A program made the position numbers and the translations under genes. A DNA stretch of 64,000 nt, taken from contig JAQGDQ010000489.1 in NCBI GenBank assembly GCA_030141605.1, forward strand, positions 103,301-167,300, in the 5' to 3' direction. The DNA is from Tubiluchus corallicola. Taxonomy: Eukaryota; Animalia; Priapulida. The notes beneath the pieces are model-generated. The model saw only the letters and a program-made list of their open reading frames with translations, did not search any database and was not told where the DNA came from. Position 1 is the stretch's first letter, and each line of letters opens with the position of its first letter. Below, in pieces: positions 13,598 to 26,736 of the stretch.

Positions 13598-14192
13598 AGG
13601 ACACGAAAAGAGGTATACCTGAAGTAGGTTTCAGAAATATCGCCTTTAAAAATTATAATACTTTAACACAATTTTATCGCGTTGGAAAGATTTTTGTTTG
13701 TTTTTATTTGATATCTCTTGCAGTGCTGTTCTGACTGTGTCTTTAGATGAAGTTACATACGCACAGCGTAAAATGCTTGAAAGACTTATGAAACTAGAAA
13801 AGAAAATTATCAATTGTTTAAAATGCTTTCACCAATTGGTAAAATGTCACCGACTCACTCTCCAGGGTGCATCACTCACTAACGAAAAAACTTATTTTTA
13901 ATCTTATTGACAAAATATAGTAATTTAAAATTTTACTTAGTTAGTGACATGTGCGCTACAAATGCTTTGATTATTTTTTCAAACTTTGCTCAATGTTATC
14001 TAAACTTGTTTCAAATGACTCATTGTAAAAATGGCTGCGCATAACAGTCATCGCGGGAATTTAAATTTACAAGTTTTGTAAAGCGTTGCTGCCGACGCAA
14101 GCCCATTATGCAAAAAGGCAGTATGTAGGTGGCATAAAATTTCAAGAGACGAATTTTTTTCAGCTTTGTGTAAGTGGAGGGTTTATTGTGCT
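13598..14192 (+). mobile_element. TTAA-flanked non-autonomous DNA element (Kolobok-like)
   Basis: TTAA|AGGACAC...TTGTGCT|TTAA. A second full copy at ~42185-42850 has TIR AGGACAAGAAAA/TTTTCTTGTGCT; partial copies lie at ~9035-9230 and ~12240-12500. Confidence 0.65.
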
Positions 14193-15499
14193 TTAATGGT
14201 TCAATATATTGAGCATTTATCCTGTAACCAGCATCTATTCTGAAACTAGCAGGCCCCAAGTTCGACTGAGCACGAATTATTTCTTTTCTGTGCAAAGCAG
14301 AAAAGAGCGCCTCCCTTTAGTCATTACTTTTTAATTCCATCATGAGTTTAGCACGTGCGGTTTCGTGTTCATTTGTGAAAATGAAATATTTTTTCGTTCA
14401 TATAAATCTCAGAAAAAAATTACGAGTTGTCGCCCTAATTCTACAAGAATTACCTTGTCTCTTGAAGAAAATTTGTTTTTTTTTATGATTTTCAGTTTAA
14501 CAGCTAATTTAGGCCTAAAATGTTGCCATGTTAGAGGTTAAAGTTCTTATTAATTTCTACTATTGTAGGATTGCAGTTTTAGTTTCAGTTCATTGCTGGT
14601 TTAGTAAAAATCTACTTTTTTGCGTAATGAACTCGGATTCACAGTGGATGTTCAGCATGCATTTTTAAATTGAGTATTTTTTCAAGTTGTTAATTTATTT
14701 TCTCGCAATCGTGTTTTTTTTTGATATTTTACTGTAATCATGAATTTCCAAGATCTCATGTTATACTAGTGTTATTTTTTCTCTAGTCTAGTTCCTTGCC
14801 TTTTTTTTATTTGTTTGACAGTCTTGTAAACTTGTATACATGCATCTCTACATATTATTGCGTGTTTGTTTTTTATTCCAGCTTCTTTCAAATATTTAAT
14901 ACGTGTAATTTTCATTTTGTTAAACAAATAAAAACATTTTATGCACCTATTTTACTAATTTTTTTCTACTTATATTTTTTTAAATTTAAAATTCAAACTT
15001 CAATGTATCAATATATATATTATTTAATTTCGGTGGTACTGTATTATATATGTCTGTGTATTCTTTCAATTTCAATTTTATTTCACATAGAAACATCTAT
15101 AAAGTTAGCTGCGCACAGTAAAATTTGATGAAAGGTTAATCAGAGTTAATAGATAAAAGGTATTAAAAAACTATGTACATAGATGAAGCATAACACATTA
15201 GCTTGCACATGTCTGACAGAGTTCTGATATTTATCTCAGAAGTACTAATGACACGCCACTAGTTAGCTTAGCAGTGTGTAGCTTTTTGCTGGTGCACTGA
15301 CAGTTGCCAAACATGCTTCAAAAGTTTCTTAAATAGTCGTAAAACATTCGCGGGTTTTCGCCGTTGTCGTCACCAAAACGTCATCAGAAAATTTTTAAAG
15401 TTTGTCGCCGGATTCGCAAGACTCGCTAGCTCACTAAAGCTTCGCTAAAGTGTCATAAAGTTATCTGAACACGAAGAACGCAAAGTAAAGTCCACCATG

Positions 15500-16148
15500 C
15501 GTCATATTCCAGTGAAGATACCTCTTCAAGCCATAGAACCAGTTATTAAAAAGCCTTCTTCGATGAATCATACGTCCAGGGACATGATTCTGCTCACCTC
15601 TCTATGCCAGGACTCCCCACACGCTGCAATGCTTATTCAAAACTCACAAAAGTTTTTGAAAATAGGAAGATTTCTTTGGAAACAAAATTTGAATATTCTC
15701 AGCCTTAGTTGAAACTGTATTTCTGTATAACTCTGAGCTCTGGACTTTAAAAGCAAATCATAAAGCTGAAATTGATGCGTTTTACAGGCGAAATTACAGA
15801 AACATTCTGGGTATTAGATGCCCAAAAAAAATTTCAAACAAAGATATATATGAAAAAATAAAAGAAGAACATTGGACAAAAATAAAAAGACGCCGTTTCA
15901 GATGGATTGGGCTTAAGCTTAGACTACCCGATGATGTTCTAGTGAAGATAGCTCTTCAACAAGCCATAGAACCAGCTAAAAACCTGCAGGAGGACAAATG
16001 TTAACATATTTAGAATTTGCACAGAAAGATTTAAACACTTCAGCATTGATCCTTAGAAATAAATACACTAGGGGGGCATTGCGGCAAGCAGGGAGTCCTG
16101 GCATAGGAGGTGAGCAGAATCATGTCCATGGACGTATGATTCATTGGA
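15500..16148 (+). mobile_element. Rearranged RTE-like LINE 3' fragment (same family as 49541-50501)
   Basis: The forward piece 15633-16148 encodes degenerate VFLYNSELWTL...IDAFYRRNYRNILGIR...RFRWIG...LRLPDD. It is preceded by an inverted copy of the 3' tail. Confidence 0.8.
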
Positions 16149-16951
16149 TATATAATAGTGATGTTCGAAAACCCGAAGACATTTGTGGCGACGTCTTTGA
16201 AAATGCGGCGACGACTGAGTCTATTTTTCAACATTTCGGAGAATCTCGGTTGTCTCGCTCGTGACAAAATTTAGTGAAATTGTCGTGAAACGATCGGAAA
16301 ATGTCGTTTTTGTAAAACTTTTTATTTTTTGTAAAAGTAAACATTTTTTTAAACTTTGTAAAACGGAACTGAATATTTTCATTTTTCAAACAGAAATTTT
16401 TTAGAAAAATGAAATTGCAAGTTTACTTTTGCAGTCTTTAAAGCCCGCGAGTTTACGAATTTTATACCTATGCGTTTTAAGAATTTTTTTAATATTCAAT
16501 ATTAAATTTGAAAATGTTACTCTACAATAACTTGCTCTGAAAATAAATAGCTTTTGCCCTGAAAATGTAAAATTCATTTGTTCTGGGAGGGCAACCGCCC
16601 CCTGACCCCCTGCCTCGTACCCCTCGTAAATTTTAAACCCTATAAGTAGACGGAGGTAATGGACGACAACAAACATTCTAATAATTCAATTTCTCAATTC
16701 AATTTTATTTTCTCAATAGCAGTTTAAAATTCATCTTAATTATTTTTATATTCCATTGTAGCCGAGAAGGAGCAGCGAAAGACCTATTGGTCACTTGGTC
16801 AGCTGCCCCTTATTAAAAATACAAGTTTATCTAATAGCAAGTCTAATAGCAACTGTAAGTGCAACCCTTGAACCCTGGTGCACACATCTTTTGTTGTTTG
16901 TGATAGGTGATAGATGTTTACATTTACACTATGTAGGACATTCATACTGCA

Positions 16952-17472
16952 GGGCGCCGAGTAAGCCACTAGCTGAAATAGATCATTTCCAGTAAAACGC
17001 ATGTACTAAATTTGTGGAAAAGCAGTGTCCGTACATGGGCAGCCCAAGTAGGGCACTGGCAATTTTGACGAGAATCTAGAATTATGATGACTTAATAAAA
17101 CATAAAGCTAAATTTGTTTTAGAGAAAAAATAACTTTATAATAATGATGGATAGTCCCTGAGAATTTACAAAATTAATATGTTTTTTTACAATAGTATCA
17201 TCATCATTATTAGCTCCATTAAAATCATCATAACATTAAACTAAGTATCTAATGCTTTAAAGAGTGAAACTATTTCTGCACACAGTTATTACAGCAATAA
17301 TTGCAAGTTTAAAAATAAGACAGATGCTGCTAAGCCTTCACAACACAAAAAAGTAATTGTTAACATTTAGGAAAAGCAAAGATACTTGGGCTGCCCATGT
17401 ACCACGCGTCCTACTTGGGCTAGCCCACGTACGCCAATTGTCCTACTTCGGCTAGTGGAGTACTCGGCACCC
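16952..17472. mobile_element. MITE-like element with nested inverted repeats
   Basis: Outer imperfect IR GGGCGCCGAGTAAGCCACTAGCTGAAATAG / CTACTTCGGCTAGTGGAGTACTCGGCACCC; inner perfect 20-bp IR GTACATGGGCAGCCCAAGTA (17031) / TACTTGGGCTGCCCATGTAC (17383). Confidence 0.65.
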
Positions 17473-17834
17473 AACAATTACTTGCTGGACCCCTGACCTC
17501 GGACCCTCCTGGTGATAACCCTGGTTCAACAGTTCTCTTCAAACAGCTTATGTGAGAGATATACGTTTTGAGATTGATTTTGAAAAGCAACTGTCAGCAA
17601 TGAAGGACTGATTGGGTAAGTGAATTTGTTATAAGCGACAACTGATGAAGCGAGCTAGTGTGCCATAAACAAATCTGTAAAAAATGACAAGATGTTGTAA
17701 TCTCGAGTTTTGTGGTGTCATTGTCTGGACGTGACAGCAGACAGACTGTAGGCTACTAGGAGACAAAATAACACTATTCATCACTTAGGATTTTCATCTG
17801 CAAATAAAAACAAGGGATCTGCACCTTGTAAAAG

Positions 17835-18072
17835 TAATTAACGTCAAGCATAACGTCAATCATCTTCACTGACCGCCCAATCAGCATGCAGGATTTTTCA
17901 CACCCCTACAGAGCTTACTTAATGCCTGCTCTTTCGGGACATTTAGCTGTTGCTGAATATAGCTGGGCATCTAATACTTTTATGAGAAAAATACTCAACT
18001 TTTCAATAGTTTGCGTGAGAAACATATTGGTCTGCTTTTAGATTTTATTATTGTCGATTGAAATATGTAAGT
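17835..18072 (+). promoter_or_regulatory. Probable promoter and non-coding first exon of the methyltransferase gene
   Basis: Two TAACGTCA CRE-like sites, an overlapping GC/CCAAT motif CCGCCCAATCA (~17873-17883), and a consensus donor AT|GTAAGT at 18067. Confidence 0.4.
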
Positions 18073-18663
18073 GAATCAGTGGAAATATATAGTCTAGTTT
18101 CGTTTATTATAAGAAGAAATGCACAGCACTTACGTCTTTGAGTTACTGATTAAACCGCTAATTAGTTTAGTTTATGGATTTGCAAGTTAGATAAAAACAA
18201 CTATTCGTTCATCTTAAAAAAGGACAAATTAACCTAATGACGTTATAGGCCGGCCATAATTATGACACTGCTTTAATGTTTGCAAGCATATTATGGCCTA
18301 CCTGAACACAGTTCAGAAGAAATTCATAATTTGCGATTATTGCAGCCCGAGTTAACAGGTATAAATGATTCTTGCTTAACCTGCGTGTAAAAATTACAGC
18401 CTGTGCACCTCCAAGTAAGTTTGCACAGGTTGTAGAGGATAATTAAGCTAGTCAGCCTTGGTCAGCGATAGTTGAGGCCTAGCCACAGAGTTGAAGTCAT
18501 CCACGGGAATCCGTGACAACTGTCATATGATGAGTAAGCGGGAACACTTGTAGAAACCCAATAATTGGGCAAAATGTTTTACATTTCTTGCCAGTTTTTA
18601 TAAACAGATGTTGATACATTTAGTAGCTTATAACGTAAAAATATAAGATTGAAAGTCAAAGTA

Positions 18664-18734
18664 GCTTTCTAGTGCAATGATTAGTATTACTGCCCGGAAA
18701 GTAGAAAGGCTTGGGTTCGAGTCCCAGGGCAAGT
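18664..18734 (+). pseudogene. Degenerate tRNA-like sequence / SINE head
   Basis: A-box-like TAGTGCAATGA and B-box GGTTCGAGTCC at tRNA spacing; the acceptor stem is poor. Confidence 0.5.
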
Positions 18735-18949
18735 GCAAAAATTTTTCAGATTTTGTAATTCATTTTTGCTTTCGACTATATATGTAAACTGCTAAAATAA
18801 ACGTGATTAAATATATCTATGTTAAAAATTAAACTGCCTCATAATTATAGTTAAAAGATGCACATAATTTTACGTACTATCTTGATTTACCTGTAATGTG
18901 AATTTAATGCAGCCTATAGTTTAGATCGACAAACGTGTTAGTGGAAAAA

Positions 18950-21900
18950 ATGGCTGTCCCACCGGACACCCCAGACTATGAAGCAGTGAAAGGATTTGTA
19001 CAAAACATTGTTTACGAATACGATGGAGACACCATGGATGTCTATAATAAGTGGGCAGCTACCTATGACCGGGTGAGTGCCATACATTGTTTCATTTTAA
19101 AGCTTGGTCCATGCAGATTATGTTTGACTGCAGATGCAGTTTATTAATTACAGTGTTAGTTTTAATCTTTGATAACTTTCTAGGATCAGACAGTGTTAGA
19201 AATAAAGGGTCCATATTATGGAGCGTTATATTTATCGAAAGCTCTTGGGGATAAGAAAAGAGCAAGGATACTAGATATTGCAGCTGGTTCTGGACTTGTG
19301 GCACACCATGTAAGTAAGTACAATTAAGACAGCAGTTTTCGTCATAGTTATGCTGGTGTGGTTGCTTATATGTAGCTTGCTTTGTTTGAAAAATTTGCAT
19401 GACTAAATTAAATGACGTTTTAAATATTAATTAAATCCGTAATGTAGTCCACATTGCGGCTGTTTTAGTGTTCTGTACATTTATGGAAGTTTCTAAGTGC
19501 TATTTGGAAACTGAATTTAGTAAGTGTTCGTTTAACGAAGCCCCACTCGATGACATTTCATGCTTGTCTTTTAACACTTTTCACCTAGTAAAGTAACATG
19601 TTTCATTTTACTGACGATTTTTTAGCCTTACTCTAGGCAGACCACAATGATTCATTGCTTTCCCACATTTAGATAAAATTCCTCTGGTTGATAAAACTCT
19701 CTCATATTACGCAGATAATTGCTGGGTGCACCTCATTTGCATTTTAGCTTTCACAAAACCTACACTGAAAATGAACCTGATAGAGAATGCGGCAAATGCG
19801 ATGCAGTGTAATAAGGCTGAATAAAGAAACAAATCAAAGCAACCAAAAATGCATTTTTTATGAAAAACAAAAAGAGAAAGAAAGGGATAAAAATACCTGA
19901 AGCAGAACAGCCATAAGAGAAAGGGCATATGTTTCAAATTTCGATTTTAGTTTTGATACTCTTGTTACTCATAATGGATAATGTAGAACTGCAAACAATA
20001 ACCTTATATAGCCTTCAATTTATGAGCCAATCACTATTTATTGTTATTTATCCTGTAATATAGTAGTAGTTTATTTATTAAAAAAAGTCCAACATACAGC
20101 ATTTACATCCTTTCCAATATGATCACACAATACAATAACATTTCAGTACTGCCAAATTCACTATATTCGAGGCTATAAATGAACTTTATTAGTGAAACTT
20201 ATTAGTGGAAAATATATTCTACAATCAAGAAAAGAATTGCCCTGAATGGAAAATTATAAAACAAATAAGTAAGCCTATCTATAATCCATTACTACTGACT
20301 AAATTCACATTTCATTCACATAACTTATCTAAAACACTCTGAAATTTTAATTTTAAAACAAAGTGCAAAGCAGTTTTTTCATTGCTTAAAAATCTGACAA
20401 TGTTTAAAAATTCGCCCTGGGGTAAAAAAGTCTTATATCACGTGTGAATGTACAAGCCAAGATCACGTGTTCTTCAGTTTGCACTTCTTGTAATGCCAAG
20501 ATTTGCTCTGCATATCCTCTTCCGTTCTGAGCTCCCGATTGCTCGCTGTCTGATTTTGCTCAAACCCTTGATCTGTCTGCACTTATACAGTCATATAATT
20601 TGCATGAACTGCTCACAAAACTTGTAGCCCCTGTAGCCGTTCGCTTTCTCACCTTTCTTAAATAGAACAACCAGCTTGCTGACCACTGAGGCCATGTGTT
20701 CAGGCCCCGTTCCTTTATTCGGATCCTCAAGTTTGACCTGCCTCACAACTTCGTGGATAGAGGTAGGTTGATCTAATTTGTTCCACATCAGGATTAACAG
20801 CATCGTCAGATGTCACCAGTGATTCAAAATGTCACCTCTTTCAATTCCATATTTCTTATGTAAGGCATTATTTTGTTTAGTGATGTGTTTTGCTGGAATG
20901 CACTAGCGAGGACTAACTTTAATTTCTATCAACAATCCACAACTAACCATAAAGTACAATCAGCATGGAAGACAGTCTAATGATAACAATAATTGTTGTA
21001 TGATTTAGCTCAAGGAATTTGGATTCAGCGACATTGATGCTCTTGATGGCAGCAAGGAAATGTTGGATCTTGCTCGGGGAAAGAACCTCTACAAGAATTA
21101 CTTCTGTTTGCTACTAACTGACAAGCCAACAACTGTTCCAGCAGGTTAGATCACATACCTGTGATTTACAAAATTTCGGATAACTTTCCAAACAGAGATG
21201 TTTAACGTATCAGCTAAAGTACGTTCTTAACCAGGGGTGTGCAAATTGCGGGCCACTCCCGAGAGAATTTGTGCGGCCCGCGAAGAGGTTTGTCAACGTA
21301 ATGAAAGTGCGGCCCGGGCGATTAATTGAGTGTATCCAGCTGAAGTCCCTGCCACGATCCCAAAGATAGTGCGGGTAGTTTTTTCTACTAGTTCGGATGC
21401 CATTAACCCTTACAAGACAGTTGTAGCTTAGTGTCACTGTACTACACAGACTGTGTGATACACATTACTAATATGTATTGTAATGAAATTACCACTATCT
21501 GTCCTGAAAGTGGAAATATATGGTTTGTAATATAAATTTTAATAACTTCTAAAATAGTTTCTTGAGTATAGTAGTAATGATGTACGCAGGTCGGATGCAA
21601 AAAAATCGTTATTAGGCCTTTCTGTACTAGGCTCCTTGATCAAACTGCCTGTGGCCCACAGGAATTGTGGGAAAGTTTAATGTGGCCCGGCTAGTGAGAT
21701 AATTTGCACACCCCTGTTCTTAACGGTGAAATACAGTGTGGAAAATAAATGGATCTCATCAACACACCATTAGATATCAAAAATACAGAGGCATTGGAGG
21801 TATTGGTCGGGTAGATATGTACTGGTATTTCTCATAATTTTTCGATATTTTTTGATATCATATTGCAGGTTTAATGTGCTTCGCTTTTTTTGAATCGTGA

Positions 21901-24900
21901 CAGATGGTAGCACATCATAGCGCAGTAAATGATTTACTTTAGCAACTTTATGTTCAAGGTTAAAAACACAGAAAGCCATGGAAAAGAATTGGACAATTCA
22001 CTCAACAAAAAATGTGTCTTTTTAACAGGGAAATGCAATGTTAAAGGATTGGATTTTTCCAAGTATTCACAAGATTAGAATAACTTAGTGAGGAAGCAGT
22101 TACAGCCAGAATTACAGGCATAAACCTATTACTATGCACACTTTCACAGGCTTCACAGTAACCATTATTTTCAAAATAGATAGTGAATAAGAAGGCATGC
22201 GTTCACTGCACCATACAATTATGTTGCAGGTAAGTCAATTAGCCGAAGTTTTACAATACTAGCACTAGATGGCAGCACCTTGCAACAAATGTACAAATAC
22301 CAAATCCCATAATAGTCATAAAAATTGTCAGTTCTTGTATTTTGTCACCTAGGTAGTTACGACGCAGCTGTTTGCAGTGGTGGCTTTGCTAAGGGACATC
22401 TACCCGCCTGCTGTATCAAGGAAATCATACGATTAGTTAAGCCAGGTATGTTAGAGCAAAAAAAGTCTCTGTAGTCTTTAATTCCAAACAGATAAAGACT
22501 TATTAGTGCCCCACGACAATGTTTCAATGCACATCGACATACGACGACATGTGTAAATTCCGATTTGCTTTTGTGACCCGTCGACTAAGGGTGAGCATTT
22601 TCTACTAGAAAGCGAATTTGAATCGATTCGAATTTGTGACTTTCGAATCAAACCTAGTCTCGAGATTTTCAAATCTGAGCCTAATTCGAAATCAGTTTTA
22701 AAAATTTTCAGATAAATGATAAAAAGCAATCCCACAAAGATCATGCATATGACTTAACTTTGTTCTGCAGTAAATAACTTGTTTGCAAAACATGCGCAGA
22801 AATCACGACTAAACTCTGCAGATTGCATGATGTTTCAAATGTTTAATGATAAAGAATGTATGTAGTACTAGAAGTGACGAACGAGCTATTCGAATCTATA
22901 ATTATTTGTTGGAGTTAAATTCGAACTAAGAAAGCTTGTTTTCAAATCGAATTCAGACATTCGAATATTACAACTCGAACATTTAAACTCCAACTTTTGA
23001 TGCTCACCCATTCCAACCACAACATAATTAATCAATTATAGAAAACTATTATATGTACATATCTATTATATATAAAAAACATTAAATCACTATCTGTTTG
23101 AATAAATTCACCGGTAAGCCCACCAGTAAGCGCGCAACATCCTTGTGTAGAGGCACTTGAACATACTGCTCCGACTTTCAAGTTTGAACTGCCTGTCCGC
23201 CGGAATAGATTGTGGCCATAAGTCGTCGACAAACAACTGTACCATTTATTCTGCAGTAATATATGACCGTAGTTAAAGTGATCGAGGATTAGGGATTGTA
23301 TTTGCTGCACAGTATGATGGGCAATAAATACAGTTTTGTTTGCTAACAAAAATCAGCACTTGTGTTCTGCAATTTACAAATTTTAGGCTTGCTTATTGCA
23401 TAATTTTCTAAAAATGCGAAAAATACCCAGACTATAATCTTAAATCTACTTGCAACATAAAACAACTGTACCCAGTAATTATATTTCGGAATAATAGCCT
23501 CATATAAAAATTAGAATTAGAATTTATTTATGTATTTGGAAGTAAAAATATACAATATTTGGAAACAATGGGGAAAATATATAGTTAAAATTAACGATTC
23601 GACATGACAGCATGCATATAATTAATGACAACAACCAGAAGTAAAAACTTGTTAGGTATTTGCACTGTTGTAATAATAATAACAGAAAAAAAAAGAAAAA
23701 AGCGAGAGTTTTAGGCAATTTAGAAGGAAAAAAAGTTGTAGAAAACAAGGATAGAAGCGATGGACAAAAGAACGTTCAAAAGGATAGAAAGAGTGGCTTG
23801 TGAAGATTCAGCTCAATGAGATCAGAAAGTGCTCTGGGTTCTGCTCAGGACAGAGCACAAGGTTATGACCGGTGTGTGTCACACAGGAACAGTAGGTGGT
23901 TATAATATCAAGACTAATTTATATAAGCAACAAACAGATTTCGTTTAACTGACGATTTAAAATTTTAATGTCATACTGACACTTTACGTTAAGGGTTCCA
24001 TAGTAATGAGTTCCAAAGCTTAGGTCTGGTATAGTTAATGAAATGTTTTGCAATACTGGTTCTACAGTAGCTGACTTGGTAGTCATTATATCGAGCACTA
24101 TGTGATTTTGACTTCTTAATTACAGGATTCTTGAAGTATGCAGGGAATGGATCATTGTTAGTCTTATAAACAAAAATGGCAGTGTTATAGGAAATCAGAT
24201 CATCAGTTATCAACATTCTACAATCACTATAATATGATTTAGTAACTAAACCGAATTTGGGGAGTCTGTATAGGGCGCGTATAAATTTACGTTGCAGGCT
24301 GTGAAGTGGGTTCACGTTGGTCTTGTAAGTACTACCCCAAAGTACGTTTAAATAGGAAAGGTATGGTAAGACTAATGTGTTATACAAAGTTATTAAGTGA
24401 AATCTAGTCGGAGAGTTTTGAATATATGTCATTATACCTACATTTTTAGCTATTTTTAGTCTGATATATGCACTAACTGACAAGCCAACAAATCGGTTCC
24501 AGCAGGTTAGATCACACGTACTTCTGACTTACAGAATTTCTCATAACCTCCTAAACTGAGGTGTTTAAAGTATCAGCTGAAGTACGTTCTTAACAGTCAA
24601 ATACAGTGTGGAAAATAAATGGCCGTAAACCATAGAACAATTTCCAATATTTATTTGCCTTCTTAGTGGCTTTTTGCACTACATTTTCGTGTGGTGCAAG
24701 AAATGCAAACTATGTTTAAAGGAAGACAGGACGATTTTTCATAATACTACTACATTTTCAAGTATACATTTTAACACGATTAATAATGCAAAAGCATTTC
24801 TGATAATTTCTGATAATACGCAACGCTTAATATTGTTAATAACATTTATGATCAACCAAATGATGTTTGTAGGCGGCGTGATTGTGCTAGGCTATAGGGA

Positions 24901-25060
24901 AGATCTTCCAAAGACAGTAGATGAATATAAAAATCTACCAGACATTATGGAACAATTAGAACGTCAAGGACTGTGGAAGCTTGTGGACAAGCAAAAATTA
25001 TTAGATTATTACAAAGAATCAGAAAAAGTCGGTTTAATTTTAACTTACAAAGTAACATAA
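18950..25060 (+). CDS. METTL27: Class I SAM-dependent methyltransferase, METTL27/WBSCR27-like; exons 18950-19072, 19184-19309, 21009-21144, 22353-22445, 24873-25060; 221 aa
   Basis: Spliced: MAVPP...VYNKWAATYDR|DQ...RARILDIAAGSGLVAHH|LKEFGFSDIDALDGSKEMLDLARGKNLY...|GSYDAAVCSGGFAKGHLPACCIKEIIRLVKP|GGVIVL...TYKVT*. Motif I (ILDxAAGSG), YxxWAxxYD, DGSxxML and the KPGG motif match the WBSCR27 family. The 666 nt stay in frame across GT-AG junctions. Confidence 0.88.
21232..21716 (-). mobile_element. hAT MITE family A, copy 2 (methyltransferase intron 3)
   Basis: Same TIRs as copy 1, opposite orientation; perfect 8-bp TSD TTCTTAAC. Confidence 0.9.
22589..23009. mobile_element. Degenerate TIR element rich in TTCGAA motifs (hAT-like)
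   Basis: GGGTGAGCAT ... ATGCTCACCC termini with many subterminal TTCGAAT/ATTCGAA motifs. Confidence 0.45.
23950..24471 (-). mobile_element. CR1/L2-type LINE ORF2 C-terminal fragment
   Basis: ORF KIAKNVGI...LITLYNTLVLPYLSYLNVLWGSTY...LQRKFIR is clearly homologous to the C-terminus of the 58429-59898 ORF. Confidence 0.85.
24472..24622 (+). pseudogene. Diverged duplicate of methyltransferase exon 3 end plus intron 3 start (MITE-free version)
   Basis: Matches 21113-21231 joined directly to 21725-21752, with a single TTCTTAAC. Confidence 0.85.
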
Positions 25061-25492
25061 GCAATGACTTGGATTTACACTTGATTTTTTCAAGTTTATG
25101 CAATACACAAGTATGTAAATAAATGATTATTTTTGTTTACAATCAAGTAATCATTTCTTAAATCAGTATGTACTTATCTTAGCTTAAATAAAGAGGAGCT
25201 GCTAGTATATATTGTGTTTAAAATCCAAATTTTTATAAAACTGTTTTTAGTTTCAATAAAAGTCTCTTGCATCTTATAATTTTCAAAGAATTATTTGACT
25301 GGTTTCTCAATATATAATTGATCTTTACAGGTGTACCGAAACATAAAAATGCTTTAACTCCCACTGCTGAAGCTAAAAGCAATTATATCTTATAAGCTAG
25401 ATAAATTGGTTAGATGTTTACATACTCAAATTAAAAACTAAAAAATGCAAGATCAATAATTGATGAAATACTCAACATCTGCCATTAATTAC

Positions 25493-25762
<270 letters not shown>

Positions 25763-26351
25763 TTAATTACTGTAGTCACAAAATTATATGTCGATTTTCA
25801 TAGAAAAAACTTTATCTGATCATATAATAATTAATTTACTGGATCTCAAGTAAGCAGAATAAACCAGAAGCAAACAGAGAAATGATTTGTTTTTGATTCC
25901 TAACCACTCTTTCCCCCAAAAAAGTTTTGTGCAGTGAAATCTGGCTCTACGTTCAAGAGAAAGCCCCTGGCTCTGGTTTTACTAACCAGTGTAAACATTT
26001 TTTCACTTTTTACGTCACCTAACCTATACCTAATTTTATAAGTGCATGTCAAAAATTAATCGATGTCTCCTCAACTCCAAGGTTGTAAGTGAAAAGCTTC
26101 TGAGCCTTTTCTTGAGAAATAAGAAGTAATATAGCAAATAATAAATCATAAATATAACTAGTTGACAATGTTTCTGACGTGGTCAGAAACTGAAGATTTT
26201 GCAAACAACAGTTGTAAAATCCAGCCTTAAAAATGAAGAGACGGCTGCCTTTTTAAAAAGTGCTTGTTTTTTATTGAATTGCTTGAATACGTGAAAAGTG
26301 CATTTCACAATGAAACCACAGCATTCAACCGTTCAGCCCATCATCCACGGG

Positions 26352-26736
26352 CAGGCCCTATTTCAAGGGGGGGAGTGGGGATACTTCCCCGGGGCCTCAC
26401 CCTCCAGGGGGGCCTCGCGCCGAGGTAACTTTTTTTGCTTTATGCGAACATACTGCCTCTTCTCTCCCTCTCTCTTTCTCTTGCCGCACGCGCGCCGTTT
26501 GCCAGTATTGACAAGTACATGTATTAAGGACTGGTCTTGAGAATAAAGCAGTTTTTCTTTCAATTGTTCTTTCCTTTAGCAACTGTATAACTCCATAGTT
26601 TCTCTTCGAAAATGCTTCTCCGGCATTCTAACAGTTCAAAAATTTTCTGGGCGCCAACCATGGTGGCACCCACTCCCCCCAGGGGGCCTCACACCCCCCA
26701 CTTCCCCGGGTCTCGCTTAGGCTGAAATAGGCCCTG
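26352..26736 (-). mobile_element. hAT MITE family B, copy 1
   Basis: TIR CAGGCCCTATTTCA / TGAAATAGGCCCTG; TSD TCCACGGG/CCCACGGG; homologous to copies at 34146 and 57687. Confidence 0.85.

Noticed and set aside
18664-18734. Functional tRNA gene
   Set aside because: Acceptor and anticodon stems do not pair convincingly; only promoter boxes remain.
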